In this document: positions 61,500 to 64,000 of the stretch, one piece after another | How positions within the stretch are numbered: position 1 is the stretch's first letter | How the letters are laid out: each line of letters begins with the position of its first letter | NCBI GenBank assembly: GCA_016211085.1 | Contig: JACQSY010000128.1 | Location: forward strand, 1,863 to 65,862 | Origin: Acidobacteriota bacterium | GTDB lineage: Bacteria; Acidobacteriota; UBA6911; RPQK01; JACQSY01 | DNA: 64,000 bases | Direction: 5' to 3' | The notes under the pieces: model-generated | Database searches by the model: none | What the model saw: only the letters and a program-made list of their open reading frames with translations | Told to the model about the DNA's origin: nothing | Made by a program: the position numbers and the translations under genes

Positions 61500-62851
61500 A
61501 GCAGCCGTCTCCACGCGTCCTGGCGGTGCGGCTGCTCCAGGAAGTTTTGTCCCGAAAACACCTGGGTGAAATCAGCGAAGATGCGGATTTTGAGCAGTTA
61601 GAGCCACGGGACAGGCGCCTGGTGCTTCAGCTTGTCTACGGCGTGTTGAGCAATAGGGAGCTCCTGCGGTTTTACCTGAAGTCGCTTGCGCAGGAACCGT
61701 CCAGGAAAGTGGATTCCGTGGTGAGCCTGGTCGTATGGCTCGCTCTCTACCAAATTGAGTTTTTGCGCGTTCCCGAACGGGCGGCTGTGCACGAAGCGGT
61801 GCAGCTTTGTGAAGACTTTGACAAGCCTTTTGCGAAAGGCTTTGTGAATGCGGTCCTGCGGCAATTTATCCGGCAAAAACCCCCACTCCCCGCAGGAGAT
61901 TCCGCAGAGGAGCTTTCGATTCGGTTCAGCCACCCTGTATGGCTGGTGAGACGCTATATCAGCCGGTACGGTCGGTCCCAGGCGCTCGCGCTGATGGAAC
62001 GCAACAATCGGCCTCCCGAACCCTCGCTATGGGTGAACCCTTTCCAAATCTCGTTGCTTGATTTTTGCGCGCAGTTGGAGAAGGAACAGATCTCCTATGA
62101 ACTGTACCCGGCCCTGCCCGATTGCGTACTAGTTTCCTCCCCAGCCTTCACGCAACACCGCCTGTATCGTAAGGGCTTTTGTTTTTTTATGGACGTATCC
62201 AGTCAGAAGATTGCTTATCTTCCGGATTTGGAAGGAAAGAAGCTGCTGGCGGATTTTTGCGCAGCCCCGGGAGGCAAATCTTTTATTATCGCAGCGAGGA
62301 AGGTTGCCGGTTCCACCCTGGTCTGCTGTGAGGTAAGTGCGCGAAGGCTCTGGTCCATGAAGGCTCGCTCGCAGCAGGCGGCTGTTCCCGGATTGAGCTT
62401 CGTCCAAGCTGACCTGCAACAGTCCGCTCCTTTTCGCTGCAGCTTTGAATTCGCGCTCCTGGACGTCCCTTGCAGCGGCCTGGGTACACTGCGCAGCAAT
62501 CCAGACATCCGCTGGAAAATTCAAGAGGAAGACCTGCAGAATCTCAAGACAAAACAGCTCAGGTTATTGCGCAATGGATTTGATGCCGTGGGGAAAGGTG
62601 GAGAGTTAATTTATTCCACCTGTTCGACGGAACCTGAAGAGAACGAGCAGGTGGTGGAACAATTCCTTTCAGAAGACCCGCGTGCTGAGCTGCAAGACGG
62701 GTATTTTCGCAGCTTTCCTGGCTCAAGCAGTGGTGTGACGGATTCTTTGCGGCGCGCATTAGACACTCCTAAAGACGGTATGTTAGAGTACAATCCTTCC
62801 GTTCTTTTATGGCCTCAGAGCTGCCTTCAAGTCTTCAAGAAAAATTCCTGA
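61496..62851 (+). CDS. rsmB: 16S rRNA (cytosine-C5) methyltransferase RsmB/Sun
   Basis: A NusB-like N-domain, DFCAAPGGKS, DVPCSGLGTLR and YSTCS motifs. The TTG at 61496 overlaps the fmt stop. Confidence 0.85.
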   Translation: MKQPSPRVLAVRLLQEVLSRKHLGEISEDADFEQLEPRDRRLVLQLVYGVLSNRELLRFYLKSLAQEPSRKVDSVVSLVVWLALYQIEFLRVPERAAVHEAVQLCEDFDKPFAKGFVNAVLRQFIRQKPPLPAGDSAEELSIRFSHPVWLVRRYISRYGRSQALALMERNNRPPEPSLWVNPFQISLLDFCAQLEKEQISYELYPALPDCVLVSSPAFTQHRLYRKGFCFFMDVSSQKIAYLPDLEGKKLLADFCAAPGGKSFIIAARKVAGSTLVCCEVSARRLWSMKARSQQAAVPGLSFVQADLQQSAPFRCSFEFALLDVPCSGLGTLRSNPDIRWKIQEEDLQNLKTKQLRLLRNGFDAVGKGGELIYSTCSTEPEENEQVVEQFLSEDPRAELQDGYFRSFPGSSSGVTDSLRRALDTPKDGMLEYNPSVLLWPQSCLQVFKKNS

Positions 62852-63549
62852 CGCTGGGTAAGTTTTTGTTGCTGACAGGGATCCTGGTTGCAGTCGCACT
62901 GCTCAGCGCCTTTGTTGCGATGCGGATGGCGGTACGGGGTACAGAGGTGAAGGTTCCTTCGGTCCTGGAAAAGCCGGTGGAGGAAGCCCGAAACGTTCTA
63001 AAAAAGTCAGGCCTGGGTCTGGAAGTAACAGTCGAGCGCTATGACGATAAAATTCCGCAGGGAGCGATCGTGACTCAACATCCCGGCGCTGGTGTTCATA
63101 TGAAAGCTAACCGCAAGGTCCAGGTGATCATGAGCCTGGGTAGAAGACAAAATCCGGTGCCGGAATTGAGAGGGAGCAGTTTGCGTGCTGCCCGGCTGAT
63201 GGTGATGCAATACGGCTATGAGGTAGGAAGTATCGCCGAGATGCAGTTCGAAAAACCGGCGGGTGAAGTGATTCAGCAATTCCCATTGCCCGACTCGAAG
63301 AGCCCGGCCAGCCGCAAAATTGATATATTGGTGGCTCGCAACCCTACAGTGCAGTATGTGATGCCGGAATTGGTGGGACAGGATTTAAACCGGGTGCTTC
63401 CCTTTCTTCAGCAGAAGGGACTCAAAGTAGGTAAGATTCAGTACCGGGCATATCAGAATATTGCCAAAGGGACTGTGGTCAGGCAGTTTCCCGAGCCTGG
63501 CCATCCTTTAGAGGAGAAGAAGGAGATCAACCTGGAGGTAGCGCGTTAA
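62809..63549 (+). CDS. PASTA-domain protein with N-terminal membrane anchor
   Basis: One TM helix, then three PASTA-like repeats (VKVPSVLEKPVEEARNVLKKSGL..., VPELRGSSLRAARLMV..., VMPELVGQDLNRVLPFLQQKGL...). Confidence 0.75.
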   Translation: MASELPSSLQEKFLTLGKFLLLTGILVAVALLSAFVAMRMAVRGTEVKVPSVLEKPVEEARNVLKKSGLGLEVTVERYDDKIPQGAIVTQHPGAGVHMKANRKVQVIMSLGRRQNPVPELRGSSLRAARLMVMQYGYEVGSIAEMQFEKPAGEVIQQFPLPDSKSPASRKIDILVARNPTVQYVMPELVGQDLNRVLPFLQQKGLKVGKIQYRAYQNIAKGTVVRQFPEPGHPLEEKKEINLEVAR

Positions 63550-64000
63550 TGGTGTGGATTGCCCCCTCCCTGCTCTCTGCAGATTTCTGTAATTTGGGGA
63601 GGGATATTGAGAGCATGGAAGAGGCCGGAGCTCGCATACTGCATCTGGATGTGATGGACGGTCATTTCGTCCCCAACCTGAGCCTCGGCACGCCGGTGGT
63701 CGGCGCTGTAAGGAAGAAGACCCGGCTGATCCTGGATGTTCACTTGATGATTTCCAATCCTGATCACATGATTGATGCCTTTATCGATGCCGGGGCTGAC
63801 TACCTCAGCGTTCACTATGAATCTTCTTTTCACTTGGACAACCTCCTGGACCGTATACGGAGTCGCGGTGTCCAACCCGGGGTGGTTTTAAATCCTCAGA
63901 CTCCTGTGGCAGTATTGGAGGAAATCATCCATAAATGCCATCACGTGCTCATAATGTCGGTAAACCCGGGGTTTGGCGGGCAAAAATTCATTTCCACGAG
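63549..64000 (+). CDS. rpe: Ribulose-phosphate 3-epimerase (partial, runs off the right edge)
   Basis: My own translation gives MVWIAPSLLSADFCNLGRDIESMEEAGARILHLDVMDGHFVPNLSLG...VHLMISNP...SVNPGFGGQKF. It is absent from the track because there is no stop in the window. Confidence 0.9.
   Translation, partial: MVWIAPSLLSADFCNLGRDIESMEEAGARILHLDVMDGHFVPNLSLGTPVVGAVRKKTRLILDVHLMISNPDHMIDAFIDAGADYLSVHYESSFHLDNLLDRIRSRGVQPGVVLNPQTPVAVLEEIIHKCHHVLIMSVNPGFGGQKFIST

Noticed and set aside
63546-63875. A 109-aa minus-strand ORF.
   Set aside because: It is antisense to the clear rpe gene, which starts at 63549 and is missing from the track only because it has no stop in the window.
1-64000. A search by eye for CRISPR arrays, tRNA or rRNA genes, and IS elements with terminal inverted repeats.
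   Set aside because: I saw no regularly spaced direct repeats, no cloverleaf-like or rRNA-like conserved segments, and no transposase-like ORFs. Absence by eye is weak evidence, so tRNAscan, Infernal and ISfinder should be run.

Overview
This 64-kb window is from a bacterial chromosome. Gene content suggests a Gram-negative soil lineage such as Acidobacteriota, but I cannot verify that here. Positions 1 to about 44,430 are the right-hand >=44 kb of an integrated mobile island. Its large serine recombinase (42,670-) abuts a truncated comM. The rest, about 44,430-64,000, is ordinary housekeeping DNA: hemE-hemH, an SSS transporter, a Lol-like ABC cluster, a CDP-alcohol phosphatidyltransferase, mlaFED-like genes, aroC, def-fmt-rsmB, a PASTA protein and rpe. 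The island contains: (1) a partial tyrosine-integrase-like gene at the window edge; (2) three diverged Orc1/Cdc6-like AAA+ genes and two beta-class DNA methyltransferases plus one remnant, most preceded by a shared TAACCCGCAA box; (3) a decayed type III-like R-M locus (a Mod C-terminal fragment and a Res-like helicase-nuclease) followed by a GHKL-ATPase / DUF3883-like / ChaC-like fusion protein; (4) an array of at least 15 overlapping small ORFs with duplicated and decayed cassettes; (5) AlkB-like, RadC-like, PAPS-reductase-like and SNase-like genes; (6) an ECF-type transporter operon joined to an adenosylhomocysteinase-fold gene and a 442-aa unknown; (7) an operon of 8-9 unknown membrane and lipoprotein genes next to the recombinase. 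I recognised no rRNA, tRNA or CRISPR array. All family calls come from motif recognition in the translated ORFs and from my own re-translation of some regions. No database search was run.
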